From: Minisyncoccia bacterium
GTDB taxonomy: Bacteria > Patescibacteriota > Minisyncoccia > SW-4-49-11
Direction of reading: 5' to 3'
DNA: 64,000 nt
Assembly (NCBI GenBank): GCA_044356325.1
Contig: JBIKWJ010000002.1
Span: forward strand, 94,327-158,326
Position 1 is the stretch's first letter. Each line of letters opens with the position of its first letter. The notes beneath the pieces are model-generated. The model was not told where the DNA came from and did not search any database. It saw nothing but the letters and a program-made list of their open reading frames with translations. Both the position numbers and the translations under genes were made by a program. Of this stretch, positions 27,061 to 36,593 are shown in pieces.

Positions 27061-27090
27061 AAAGCCGTAGTATCACTACGGCTTTTTTCT
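27061..27090 (+). terminator. Terminator (aaagccgtagtatcactacggcttttttc)
   Basis: 10-bp stem plus a T-run. Confidence 0.6.
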
Positions 27091-27172
27091 TTTCACTACA
27101 CCAAAAACTTTACAAAAATTATTTTATATGCTATTTTTTGATAGTACTAAAAAGTCAAGGAGGGTTTAGGCT

Positions 27173-27646
27173 ATGTCTGTGACAATCACAGGTGTAAGTT
27201 TCACAACATTAGATACACATACAAGACAACCTACAGCATATCCTGCTCAAGGTTCTGATGAAATCTACCTTCTACCAAGTGGAGCTGAATTTAGGGTAAC
27301 AGGAAATAATGACTTTATTGCATATCCTACCGTTTCCCAATTCATAACCTTATTTCCAAAATTAATTGGTATTAAAAGATTATGGCCATGGCAAGGTTTG
27401 GGTTGTATTCTTAATACTTGGTTTAACATTAGTATAAGTAATAAAAACCCTGAAATTCATTGTGAATTTCGTGTTGATACTTTGGGCAATATATTTGCAT
27501 ACTATGCTTCTCCTTTAATGATAGTTAGACTTTGGAAATATGAGGGTATTTATTACATTGAAATTGTAGTTCCCCGTGATAGTAGAGATGGGTACTATTA
27601 CAATATTATAAGAAATGCTATCGGATTGCATAAAGTATTGAGGTAA
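27173..27646 (+). CDS. Hypothetical protein (157 aa)
   Basis: AGGAGG lies 8 nt upstream of the ATG. No family recognised. Confidence 0.5.
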   Translation: MSVTITGVSFTTLDTHTRQPTAYPAQGSDEIYLLPSGAEFRVTGNNDFIAYPTVSQFITLFPKLIGIKRLWPWQGLGCILNTWFNISISNKNPEIHCEFRVDTLGNIFAYYASPLMIVRLWKYEGIYYIEIVVPRDSRDGYYYNIIRNAIGLHKVLR

Positions 27647-27697
27647 TTAAGAGAATAGAGCCACTTACCACCTAAAAACCAAGTAACTCTTACTGAG

Positions 27698-28918
27698 TTA
27701 CTTTTTCCTTTTCCCCACAACTCCATACAAAATCACGAGGAATACTAGAGACAAATCATTTTTCCAGAAAGGCGTATCCAATATCCCATACAAGAATATA
27801 GAGATAAGGCTGAGGCTTAGCCAATACAAATCCCATTTACCATCGCGAATTGCCCCAATAAGTCGAGATATAGTAAATCTCAATACAGCAATAAGCCAGA
27901 TAATTCCTCCCATACCCAGATGTAACCAAAAAGCAAAATAGAGATTATGAGGTTCAGGAACTAGCCATTCATAAGGGGGGAAATATTTCTGAGGAATAAT
28001 CTCTGTGTATACTCGCTGAAAATCAGCAAGCCCAATGCCGAGAATAGGGGACTGAACTATCATAGTGGTTGCGGTATCCCAAATTTGAGCCCTGGTAGTA
28101 ATAGAATTACGATTATCCATATCGAGTAAGGTTTTGAATTTAGGCGTATTCATTTGCCAAATTCCAAAGAGTAATATTCCTAATATTCCCAAAGCTACAA
28201 TACTCGGTTTTATTAATGGTTTGGATATTTTTCCATTATTCTTGCGTCTCAATACTAATCGAGTGATTCCCCATATAGCAAACACCCCTGCGAGGGCAAA
28301 TATTCCCGCGTATGATTGAGTTATAATAATTCCAGTAAATAATATCGTACCGATGGTATATCTGAGTTCCACAGGCAAATTCTTGCGAGATAGAGTAAGT
28401 ACAAATATTGGAACCAGATACATCGCAATATAATTGGAAAATCCCCCCTGAGCCACGGCAGAATCAAGTCCCAGAGCATAGAGAGCAGTAGGTCGGAAGC
28501 TTGAATTAAAGCCCATTACCACCACTTGTACTATAGATATAATAGCGACGACCACCCCAGAGCCAATAATTCCTCTCAACAATACCCGATAGGCATCTCT
28601 CTTAAGTTGTGAGACTATCCAAATCAATAGTATTGGTAATACAAAATAAGCCTTCCAAACACCTAAACTTCCTCGCAAATCCTGACTAACAATAACCCCA
28701 ATAGTAGCTAATAGGAGGAGACTCCCAAACACCACAAATTCTCGACTTTGATAAGTCTCTAATTTGACAAGAGAAGACCAGTTTTTGTATTGTAATAAGA
28801 ATATTAAAGCCACAAAAGCAATAGCAACTTCTAATATATTCGTCGGTATTCCCAAAATAGGAAATCGTATAATATAAAGTGGAATAATAAGCCCAAGTAT
28901 AAAAAGTAATTTGTTCAT
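27698..28918 (-). CDS. O-antigen ligase/polymerase family membrane protein (Wzy_C-like)
   Basis: Polytopic membrane protein with a central periplasmic loop and Wzy_C-type motifs. Paralog of the upstream gene. Confidence 0.5.
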   Translation of the reverse strand: MNKLLFILGLIIPLYIIRFPILGIPTNILEVAIAFVALIFLLQYKNWSSLVKLETYQSREFVVFGSLLLLATIGVIVSQDLRGSLGVWKAYFVLPILLIWIVSQLKRDAYRVLLRGIIGSGVVVAIISIVQVVVMGFNSSFRPTALYALGLDSAVAQGGFSNYIAMYLVPIFVLTLSRKNLPVELRYTIGTILFTGIIITQSYAGIFALAGVFAIWGITRLVLRRKNNGKISKPLIKPSIVALGILGILLFGIWQMNTPKFKTLLDMDNRNSITTRAQIWDTATTMIVQSPILGIGLADFQRVYTEIIPQKYFPPYEWLVPEPHNLYFAFWLHLGMGGIIWLIAVLRFTISRLIGAIRDGKWDLYWLSLSLISIFLYGILDTPFWKNDLSLVFLVILYGVVGKRKK

Positions 28919-30093
28919 ACTAATAAGAATAATATAAAGATTAATATATGCGGGAAGAATATACTATTCACAAACATAGAATGAGCTAAAATCAATCCCC
29001 AAGAACCAATAATAGCCACGCCCCAAGTTCTATCCAATCCACCTAAAGAGAGCCTCTTCCAAGCCCGAACTAGAGAAGCCGCCACTAATCCCAAGAATAA
29101 TCCCAGTCCAATAATACCACCGGTAAGCCAAAGAGTAAGTATGCTACTATCCCTGCCCGAAGCGGAATTAAGCTCAGATGGAACGGTATTCTGGTATTTA
29201 ATCGTATTATACCCAATGCCAAATAGGGGGTTACGGTCTATATCATCTAGAGTCTCTCGCCAAGACTGGAGACGCAAAGAAGCTGTCACATCGAGATTAA
29301 TAGCTCCCTGAATACGAGTTTGTAAACGAGGACTATTCATCACAATCAGAGATAATATAATCACAATAATGATAAATGTTTTGCGAGAAATCAATAAAGT
29401 CACCAGAGTAATACCAATAAGGAAAGCCAGAAGCGCACTACGAGAATAGGTCAGAACCAAAGCTCCGAGTACAATTCCAAGTCCCGCAATCCATATAATT
29501 AATTGCCCAATAATAGCCTTATTCCATTTTTTTGTCTCCTGCAATACTACCAATATACGAGATAATATAATAACGAGAGCCAGCCCCAAGAATCCTCCGA
29601 GAAAATTAGGATCATACCAAGTAGATAATAGTCGTCCCTGATGTGGATCCCAACCAAATTGAGCCATAAAAGAAAAGTCTGGAAATAAAATCAGCTGTAT
29701 AAATCCTAATATAGACAACACCACACTGGAGACAAAAACCATATACCATAGCTGATTATCTACTCGCTCCGCATTATCTTTACGATAATCTGTAAGGGGT
29801 AATATCAGCGCCATATAAGCTGCCAGTCTCACCCAATATAACAGAGAACCAATTTCCCCACCAACAGCTGGGATAAAGCTCAAATGTAGGAATAGTGAAC
29901 CGAGGAGATACAAAAGCCAAATCGCAATCAAAACAATAGGTACCGAGAAAGGGAAATCCTTGCGCTTATCCCGAGAAACCCACCAATATACGAGATAAAT
30001 TGGTATAAGAATATCCGTCAAAACCCCCAAATCACCAATACGGGTAATTTGTCCGGTAATAACACTAGCTATTAATATCCAATATCCTATCAT
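28915..30093 (-). CDS. O-antigen ligase/polymerase family membrane protein (Wzy_C-like), paralog
   Basis: LTYSRSALLAFLIGITL, typical Wzy_C motif. Overlaps the downstream paralog by 4 nt. Confidence 0.55.
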   Translation of the reverse strand: MIGYWILIASVITGQITRIGDLGVLTDILIPIYLVYWWVSRDKRKDFPFSVPIVLIAIWLLYLLGSLFLHLSFIPAVGGEIGSLLYWVRLAAYMALILPLTDYRKDNAERVDNQLWYMVFVSSVVLSILGFIQLILFPDFSFMAQFGWDPHQGRLLSTWYDPNFLGGFLGLALVIILSRILVVLQETKKWNKAIIGQLIIWIAGLGIVLGALVLTYSRSALLAFLIGITLVTLLISRKTFIIIVIILSLIVMNSPRLQTRIQGAINLDVTASLRLQSWRETLDDIDRNPLFGIGYNTIKYQNTVPSELNSASGRDSSILTLWLTGGIIGLGLFLGLVAASLVRAWKRLSLGGLDRTWGVAIIGSWGLILAHSMFVNSIFFPHILIFILFLLV

Positions 30094-30139
30094 ATATTCA
30101 GACTATATAGCCCTATTATACTCTTTTCTAAATAAATAA

Positions 30140-30375
30140 TCTATTATTTGTATGAGATGATAAGATCGTAGATAAGTTATGCTTTCGTAGCGGAGGGTTT
30201 ATCCCTCCACTATTGTTCTTATGTAGGGGCGACCTTTCAGTCGCCCGTAGTGTTTTTGTACCTAACTGGCGAGTCTTTAAGTCCATCCCATACATTTTTT
30301 GGGATGGGGTGTCGATGAAATCGACGGATGTGGACAGGCGACTGCAAGGTCTCCCCTACAGAAAGAAAAAACCCT
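30140..30375. repeat. Mosaic hairpin array with an inverted pair of family-C hairpins flanking nested palindromes
   Basis: tgtatgagatgataagatcgtagataag (L), cgtagcggagggtttatccctccac (K), tgtaggggcgacctttcagtcgcccgtag at 30223-30250 and its inverted partner gacaggcgactgcaaggtctcccctaca at 30333-30360. These enclose tcccatacattttttgggatgggg and gtcgatgaaatcgac. Confidence 0.8.
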
Positions 30376-30378
30376 CGC

Positions 30379-30840
30379 TCAGCGAGGGGTGTGGGGTTGA
30401 TGAATTCTCCTTCGGAGAAAGTTCACCATAAAAATGAGTATATCAATTGAATATAAGCACAACAGTGCCAATAACATAGGAGGTAAAAAAGCCTCAATTA
30501 AGGGTATAGTTATAGACTTTTTAGTCATTATAAAAATTATATTCGCTGCATCAATAAACAGTGCAAGCCAAATAAATGCAACGAGTCCCGTCAGGGCAAC
30601 TTTTACCCAAGAATTCTTCATTGAAAGAAGCATTCCAAACATTATAATATATAATGCTGTAATTGTGATAAAATCTAAATTAAAGTACTCTTGATATAAC
30701 TGTACTGCTACTGATGTATTTAGATTTAGTACCTTTATGGTTGAGTTATAAAGTGCTGAACCCGCCAATATAGGTAATATTACGATATTCTTCACAGTTA
30801 TGAAAAATACTTGAAGAAGATTAGCTTTTGAAAGAGCCAT
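30379..30840 (-). CDS. Hypothetical polytopic membrane protein (153 aa)
   Basis: Four or five predicted TM helices. Stop is followed by ccctcgctcagcgaggg then TTTTTT. Confidence 0.5.
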   Translation of the reverse strand: MALSKANLLQVFFITVKNIVILPILAGSALYNSTIKVLNLNTSVAVQLYQEYFNLDFITITALYIIMFGMLLSMKNSWVKVALTGLVAFIWLALFIDAANIIFIMTKKSITIPLIEAFLPPMLLALLCLYSIDILIFMVNFLRRRIHQPHTPR

Positions 30841-30899
30841 GATAGCCTCCGAGGGCTGGTGAGACTTTCAAAAAATAGCATATTTATATATTTTTGTAA

Positions 30900-31190
30900 A
30901 GGGTTGATAAGTTTTTAGTAGGGGCGACCTATGTTTTAAAAATTCCCCTCTTGAGGGGTGGCTTCCTGCTATGTTTAAATAGCGGGGAGACGGGGTGGAG
31001 TGTCTTTATCTTATTTATTTTTATTTTCTTTCCACCCCGGCCAGCAGAACTGTCCACCCCTCAAGAGGGGAATTTAAGCTCAGTACAAACCTACCTCTAC
31101 ACAGTCCACCCTCCTAAATAAATATAGGAGGAACTTAAAGCTCACCCACTCGTCTACCGTAGGTAGAAGGGAGGGCAGTAAATATGCCGA
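30900..31190. repeat. Mosaic hairpin array (families C, A, H and I)
   Basis: Contains agtaggggcgacct, aaaaattcccctcttgaggggtgg, ggggagacggggtggagtg, ccaccccggccagc, ccacccctcaagaggggaattt and cgtctaccgtaggtagaagggagg. Confidence 0.8.
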
Positions 31191-31269
31191 TATCTTTTAA
31201 ACTACTAAAGAAAACCCTTACTAGCTTAGGTCAGTAAAAAGAAAAAGAGCTCGCACATAGTACGAGCTC

Positions 31270-31800
31270 TCAACAGCTTTTATGAAAAAGGATTATAGCA
31301 CCCGCAACAGCGAGTACCAACCCAACCCAATAGGGTCTGCCCAACAAAAACATTATCCCTATTACTACAAAGATTGTCCCTAATACAACCTTGGTGAAGA
31401 AATAGCCCAGAATTATTAATATAATTACTCCTATCAATACCAGAAATGGTGGGTGTTTTATTAGCATAAATATAAAAACGGCTATGACCAAAAGAGATAC
31501 GCATATAATCCACAATACCCCTACCCAGAGCATAATTAGTCCGGAGGTTTCCGGAAATATATCTATTAATTTCATTATTCCCGCAAGTACCAGGAGTGCT
31601 AAAATTATAGCAAAGAGATCTGATCCATACCACCTACCCCTACCATCTTTTTTTACAATAACCTCGCTTTTCCTTGCATCTCCGTCTTGCTTTAATCGAG
31701 CTAAGCGAAAGTCACATTCTTGACTTAGCATGGATAGAGCTAGGCGAGAGTCACATTTTTCTTGGTTACCAATTAATGGTTCTGATTGAGATTGATGCAC
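31270..31800 (-). CDS. Hypothetical membrane protein (176 aa) with an internally repeated N-terminus
   Basis: GTG start 9 nt after AGGAGG. Conserved promoter at 31858-31889. About 26-bp near-direct repeat in the coding 5' end (gctaagcgaaagtcacattcttgact / gctaggcgagagtcacatttttcttgg). Four TM helices. Confidence 0.5.
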   Translation of the reverse strand: MHQSQSEPLIGNQEKCDSRLALSMLSQECDFRLARLKQDGDARKSEVIVKKDGRGRWYGSDLFAIILALLVLAGIMKLIDIFPETSGLIMLWVGVLWIICVSLLVIAVFIFMLIKHPPFLVLIGVIILIILGYFFTKVVLGTIFVVIGIMFLLGRPYWVGLVLAVAGAIILFHKSC

Positions 31801-31857
31801 TGGATGGAACCTCCTTTTGTAAAAGTTCTAATGAGCGGAATAGCTCATCACACGAAG

Positions 31858-31889
31858 ACTATAGCATATTTTATCAATTTTGTCAATAG
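31858..31889 (-). promoter_or_regulatory. Conserved cassette promoter (TTGACAAAATTGATAAAATATGCTATAGT)
   Basis: TTGACA, 17 nt, TGnTATAGT. Confidence 0.6.
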
Positions 31890-31937
31890 TAATTATCTTA
31901 TTTTTATAGCTTATTATATATCATTTGATTTTTCCAA

Positions 31938-32135
31938 TACTTCCGAGGTCTATCTGTTTCTGCTAGAATAGCAATCACATCGATAATAGAAAAATACCAT
32001 TTTTCTTGATCAACATACCAAATACTACGAACCTGTTTTTTTCAAATAGTTTGATTGCTATATCTTTTTTCATAGAATTAGCTTAGATATATTTATTATA
32101 TCTCTTTTGTCGAGAATTGTGCTATATGCACTCAA
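31938..32135 (-). pseudogene. Truncated duplicate of the dinD-like gene's promoter and first about 50 codons
   Basis: About 200 bp nearly identical to 32818-33020. Own translation gives MKKDIAIKLFEKKQVRSIWYVDQEKWYFSIIDVIAILAETDRPRKYW then stop. Confidence 0.6.
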
Positions 32136-32142
32136 TATAATT

Positions 32143-32964
32143 TTAGTTCTTATCAATGAGCTTTTTTGCTGATATGGAACTAACAACCTTTTTTCCCGTT
32201 TTCTCCTCTATTTCCCTTCGAGTATTGCCCGCAATAGTACCACCTTGATTTGCTATGACTTTATTCTGGTCAAAGTTCTTAGGCTTTTTCTCTTTACTAA
32301 TTTCGGTAGTTGTTGCTTCTGCAAGCATATTAAGAACTAGCTCTAAGTTAGTCATATTATCTCGTAAATTCTCTTTTTTTAGATTTTTGTATTGTTTATA
32401 TGCTTTGACCGATAAACCGCTCCAAGCTCTTGTAATTTCATCCGTTAATATAGCATATTCTTGTCCCTTTTTTACTCCTCTTATATCCCACTCATCAGTA
32501 AGTTCTTTTCTTACCTCTATACTTTTAAGTCTTTGATTTACCCATTCTTTAGAATATCCCTTTTTGAGATATATCTCCATCAATCTATCTATTCCAAGCT
32601 CTGGATCTTCAATTTCATCGAGACGCTCCCGCGCAACCTGTGCTATCCATATTTTAAAAGGTTCAGCTTTAGGAGAAGGGATAGATTGAATAAGTCTAAA
32701 TAATTGCTCCGTATCAGCAACATCAGTAAGTCTTAATTTTCCATCCGAAGCTTTTATTTTCAACTGTCCGATATTTTCGGACAGTTCACTTCCTTCATTA
32801 CCAAGTTTTGTTTTGAGATCATTCCAATACTTCCGAGGTCTATCTGTTTCTGCTAGGATAGCAATCACATCAATAATAGAAAAATACCATTTTTCTTGAT
32901 CAACATCCCAAATACTACGAACCTGTTTTTTCTCAAATAATTTGATTGCTATATCTTTTTTCAT
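32143..32964 (-). CDS. dinD: DinD-like protein with N-terminal Bro-N domain (DNA-damage-inducible protein D / phage antirepressor family)
   Basis: N-terminal LFEKKQVRSIWDVDQEKWYFSIIDVIAILAETDRPRKYWNDL matches the Bro-N pattern. Length and organisation match E. coli DinD (274 aa). Confidence 0.6.
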   Translation of the reverse strand: MKKDIAIKLFEKKQVRSIWDVDQEKWYFSIIDVIAILAETDRPRKYWNDLKTKLGNEGSELSENIGQLKIKASDGKLRLTDVADTEQLFRLIQSIPSPKAEPFKIWIAQVARERLDEIEDPELGIDRLMEIYLKKGYSKEWVNQRLKSIEVRKELTDEWDIRGVKKGQEYAILTDEITRAWSGLSVKAYKQYKNLKKENLRDNMTNLELVLNMLAEATTTEISKEKKPKNFDQNKVIANQGGTIAGNTRREIEEKTGKKVVSSISAKKLIDKN

Positions 32965-33094
32965 AGAATTAGCTTAGATGTATTTATTATACTCTTTTGT
33001 CCAGAATTGTGCTATATGGATAGTATATTTTTGTAAAGGTCTTATTATTGATAATTCTCATCTTATTGAAATCTATATTATGTGTTGTTATGTA

Positions 33095-33123
33095 TTGACA
33101 AAATAACATATTTATGGTATAGT
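33095..33123 (+). promoter_or_regulatory. Conserved cassette promoter, plus orientation (TTGACAAAATAACATATTTATGGTATAGT)
   Basis: TTGACA, 17 nt, TGnTATAGT. Confidence 0.6.
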
Positions 33124-33146
33124 TATATTATATTTGATCCTTATTT

Positions 33147-33473
33147 ATGCCTAAAAAAGCCTCTCCTCTCACCATTCAGGGTGAGGAGATTCAAGTTGGT
33201 TGGAAGTTTCAAGCGGGGTCTCCACTGAAGAATTATAAGGTTATTGGGATAACCTTTAGTTCAGTATGCTTCGAGACTCTCGATGGGAGAGTGGAGCCAG
33301 CCATGCCACATGCTCAGTTCAGAGCTTGGTTAGAGCCTCCCACTCCAAAAGACCCCACAGAGTCCAGGCGGCCTAATTGTCCTGTAAGGAGACTCCATCC
33401 ATCCACCAAGAACGACATCCCTACTTATGGGGGATCCCCAGGTCAAATATTCAAACGCCCCCAAAGTCCCTAG
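33147..33473 (+). CDS. Cassette ORF, hypothetical protein (108 aa), GC-rich
   Basis: Between the conserved promoter and the conserved terminator. No SD. Start uncertain. Confidence 0.4.
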   Translation: MPKKASPLTIQGEEIQVGWKFQAGSPLKNYKVIGITFSSVCFETLDGRVEPAMPHAQFRAWLEPPTPKDPTESRRPNCPVRRLHPSTKNDIPTYGGSPGQIFKRPQSP

Positions 33474-33510
33474 CCCCACGGCAACACGCGGGGCTTTTTT
33501 GTTTACCTTA
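33474..33510 (+). terminator. Cassette terminator (ccccacggcaacacgcggggcttttttgttt)
   Basis: Shares cgcggggcttttttgttt with the terminator at 33850-33900. Confidence 0.6.
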
Positions 33511-33537
33511 AGCACAGTTTTTGTGTGTTGATAATTA

Positions 33538-33566
33538 TTGACAAAGTCAAGAAAATATGTTATAGT
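33538..33566 (+). promoter_or_regulatory. Conserved cassette promoter (TTGACAAAGTCAAGAAAATATGTTATAGT)
   Basis: TTGACA, 17 nt, TGnTATAGT. Confidence 0.6.
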
Positions 33567-33591
33567 GTTCCTGTTTTGATTCTTTAGTCAA

Positions 33592-33849
33592 ATGTCAACC
33601 CTTCACGGCTTCTTTCATCAGTCCGATGCAAATCTTTTTGGGTATTGTGAGTACACAACACCCACTCCTGGGAAAAATGTATTCGTAACTGAGGTATTAC
33701 CGGGAGAGGGAGATGCAATTCCTTCAACACAACGTAATCCTCTTTCTGATTATGTGGGTATTGTACTCACAATGGTGAGGAGAATAGACCCCGAAAATTT
33801 TTGTGAGGAAGAAGAGCTTGAAGAAGGCCGCGGAGAAGAAGACGGCTAA
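33592..33849 (+). CDS. Cassette ORF, hypothetical protein (85 aa) with an acidic C-terminus
   Basis: Between the conserved promoter and the conserved terminator. Ends EEEELEEGRGEEDG. Confidence 0.4.
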   Translation: MSTLHGFFHQSDANLFGYCEYTTPTPGKNVFVTEVLPGEGDAIPSTQRNPLSDYVGIVLTMVRRIDPENFCEEEELEEGRGEEDG

Positions 33850-33900
33850 TCCCAGCCCTCACAACATACCCAGCCCTGCGCATCGCGGGGCTTTTTTGTT
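33850..33900 (+). terminator. Cassette terminator (cagccctgcgcatcgcggggcttttttgttt)
   Basis: Second copy of the conserved terminator tail. Confidence 0.6.
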
Positions 33901-33962
33901 TGATAAAAAAAACTCCTACTTTCATGTAGGAGGGTTGGGTTTAGATAAGGATGAATAAGTTT

Positions 33963-34274
33963 TTAGATGGGTTCTTTAATGAGTTGCTCGATTGTTTTGA
34001 GACTCTCATCTATTTTTTTAAGTTCCGTCACTATCCTTGATATTACTATAGTATCTTGTAGATTTATTAATACATCTTCTTCTTCTGTTCTACCACGTAT
34101 GCACTGAATGGTGTCGCTAATAAAAGTAATGATACGGATACGGTGTTTATGTCTAGTATCTTGGGAAAGATATTCCTCGATTTCTCTAAGCATACTAGGT
34201 ATAGTCTCTTCTTTTATTCCCCTCGCATCTTGAAGCGGGGGCAGGGTCGGACTTTGAATTGCTGAAAGAGACAT
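33963..34274 (-). CDS. Small hypothetical protein (103 aa)
   Basis: AGGAG lies 6 nt before the ATG. Terminator ctcctacatgaaagtaggag followed by TTTTTTTT is downstream. Confidence 0.45.
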   Translation of the reverse strand: MSLSAIQSPTLPPLQDARGIKEETIPSMLREIEEYLSQDTRHKHRIRIITFISDTIQCIRGRTEEEDVLINLQDTIVISRIVTELKKIDESLKTIEQLIKEPI

Positions 34275-34387
34275 CAGGTTCTCCTGAAGTTTGGATGAAC
34301 TTAATTACCCTATCATACATTAGTAATATAGTCAATATTTATGATATTTTTTATAGTCTAGTATACGAGGAATTTATACCTATTTTT

Positions 34388-35176
34388 TTACCCCCAACAA
34401 TATAATAACCTTAAATGTATAGGCATTAGGAGAAGATTCCAAAACCAACCATACCATTTGGCGATATATTTTCTCTGGGCGGTATAATATCGCTCTTTGG
34501 TTTTACGAATATTGCTCTCTGAGCCTCCTTCTTGATGCCAGACGGTGATTTGTTGAGTCCACTCTATATCTCTCCCTATTTGTTTAGCTCGATAGCATAA
34601 ATCTATATCTTCATAATACATAAAATATCTCTCATCAAAGCCTCCAAGTTTACGGAATAAGGCGGTCTCGATACAGAGTGAGCCTCCACTTACCCAATCG
34701 GTGGATATAGTCTGTTCTGTAGGCATTTGCCAAGTCTTTTTAGCTGTATTCCTGATTATACTCTGAGGTGTGGGGAAAACTCCATACTGATACTCTTGTA
34801 TTCTCGTATTATTATCCACCAGAGCCAGTCCCATTATCCCTGTATTTTCACCAATTGTGGATAATGTGTGGATATCTCCTTGTATCTTGGTGTCGGGGTT
34901 AATAATACATAGCCAGTAACCTGTCGCAATAGTCACTCCTATATTCACTCCAGCGCCAAATCCAGCATTTTTATCTGAATACACAATATGTATTCTTTCT
35001 GTGGATAAGTCTTTGAGACTATCGAGATTCTCTCCCGAATTATTCTCGACTACTATTATCTCATATTCTCCTGTGGTGGATGAGATAATAGCTTTTATAC
35101 AGTCTTCTAGATAATGCTTAGTCTTATATGAGACTATAATAAAGGATATGGTTTTATTCTTGAATATTGATGGCAT
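34388..35176 (-). CDS. Family 2 glycosyltransferase
   Basis: ISFIIVSYKT..IIVVENNS..DKNAGFGAGVN..D, the GT-A fold DXD-type pattern of GT2. Confidence 0.75.
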   Translation of the reverse strand: MPSIFKNKTISFIIVSYKTKHYLEDCIKAIISSTTGEYEIIVVENNSGENLDSLKDLSTERIHIVYSDKNAGFGAGVNIGVTIATGYWLCIINPDTKIQGDIHTLSTIGENTGIMGLALVDNNTRIQEYQYGVFPTPQSIIRNTAKKTWQMPTEQTISTDWVSGGSLCIETALFRKLGGFDERYFMYYEDIDLCYRAKQIGRDIEWTQQITVWHQEGGSESNIRKTKERYYTAQRKYIAKWYGWFWNLLLMPIHLRLLYCWG

Positions 35177-36584
35177 AATACTGTTTTAGTCGATTAATTC
35201 CAAGGGGTAGAAGAGTAAGCCCAAATACTAATACTGCTATTATACTTTGGAAGAAAATATTCCAGTCTCTGATAAAGTATAATACCACTCCCATTATTGT
35301 GGTGGCGATGATAATCAGTATATGTATCCATTGGAAGCGTGGGAACCATTTTACATATCGCCTGACAAGATAAATATAGCTAATGAGTACTAATCCTTCT
35401 GTGATAGCGGTGGCAATAGCGGCTCCCAGATACGAGTAGCGAGGGATAAGATAAAGATTAAGTCCTACATTAAAGAATGCTCCAATTATTGCAATATACA
35501 TACTTTTATTCTGGAACTGGGCTCCTATCAGAATATGTCCCATAAGGTTACCAAGGAATATAAAGCCTATTCCCACAAATAATACTTGTAATGTGGTGGT
35601 AGCTGGGAGGAATTCTGATCCTGCGATAAGGCTTAACATATTACTAGATAATAATATCCCTCCTATACTTAATGGTATGGCGATGGTGATAAGTATATTA
35701 AAGGCTTGCTGGAATATATGTTTAAATCTCTCTTTGTCCTGTTTATAATATTTAGCAAAGAGGGGGAGTAATAATCCCATAAACATTCCTGGGATGGCTA
35801 TTGATATTTCTAAAACTTTATATGAAGCCCCATATAGTCCTACGGCTGTTTGATCCTTCATCACAGATAGCATTATAGTATCTATTCGATAATAAATAAG
35901 ATTAAAGGTAATAATAATAAAAAGGGGAAAGGCTTTTTTGAATATGTATTTCCAATAAGGCCAATCTATAGCGAGTTTGAGAGGATAATATTTGTAGGTA
36001 GCGGTGATAACAAAAATAGCCTGAGCTATTCCTGCTATGCTATATATCACCATTACCCAGAATAAATTCACCGTACCAAGTAAAGCGAGGAGAATAACTC
36101 CTACTGTTAATGTTATTCGAGAAATAAAATCTCCTATGGTAATTTTGTCTGTGCGGAGATTGGTCTGAAAGACTCCTACCAAAACTTGAGATAATGATGA
36201 TCCTATTGTTCCTATTGACCCGAGAGCCACTAGCCATTTCACTTCAGTAGAATAGGATGGGATAAGCCATACTGCTAAAGAGGCAAATATCCCAATTATG
36301 GATATTGCCATTACGAGGCGGGCGGTGAATAAATTATTGACAATATGTCCGGCTTCTTCCTCATCTTTACCAGCGATTTCGGTGGTAAGAAGTGCATTAA
36401 ATCCATATTCAGCGATTACGCTCGCTATAATGAGATAACTCGTAATAGTAATATAAGCTCCAAATCCTTCTACTCCCAATGTAGTGGTGAGTATTCGTAT
36501 AGAAATAAACCCAACCACTATCATCACAAATTTACCTAAAATCTGGATAATACTATTCAGGGCTAATTTCTTATTTAATGTCAT
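35154..36584 (-). CDS. Polysaccharide biosynthesis/MOP-family flippase (Wzx-like)
   Basis: 476 aa with about 12-14 TM helices. Lies next to GT2. The Wzx assignment rests on topology and context only. Confidence 0.55.
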   Translation of the reverse strand: MTLNKKLALNSIIQILGKFVMIVVGFISIRILTTTLGVEGFGAYITITSYLIIASVIAEYGFNALLTTEIAGKDEEEAGHIVNNLFTARLVMAISIIGIFASLAVWLIPSYSTEVKWLVALGSIGTIGSSLSQVLVGVFQTNLRTDKITIGDFISRITLTVGVILLALLGTVNLFWVMVIYSIAGIAQAIFVITATYKYYPLKLAIDWPYWKYIFKKAFPLFIIITFNLIYYRIDTIMLSVMKDQTAVGLYGASYKVLEISIAIPGMFMGLLLPLFAKYYKQDKERFKHIFQQAFNILITIAIPLSIGGILLSSNMLSLIAGSEFLPATTTLQVLFVGIGFIFLGNLMGHILIGAQFQNKSMYIAIIGAFFNVGLNLYLIPRYSYLGAAIATAITEGLVLISYIYLVRRYVKWFPRFQWIHILIIIATTIMGVVLYFIRDWNIFFQSIIAVLVFGLTLLPLGINRLKQYYAINIQE

Positions 36585-36593
36585 AGATGAGTA

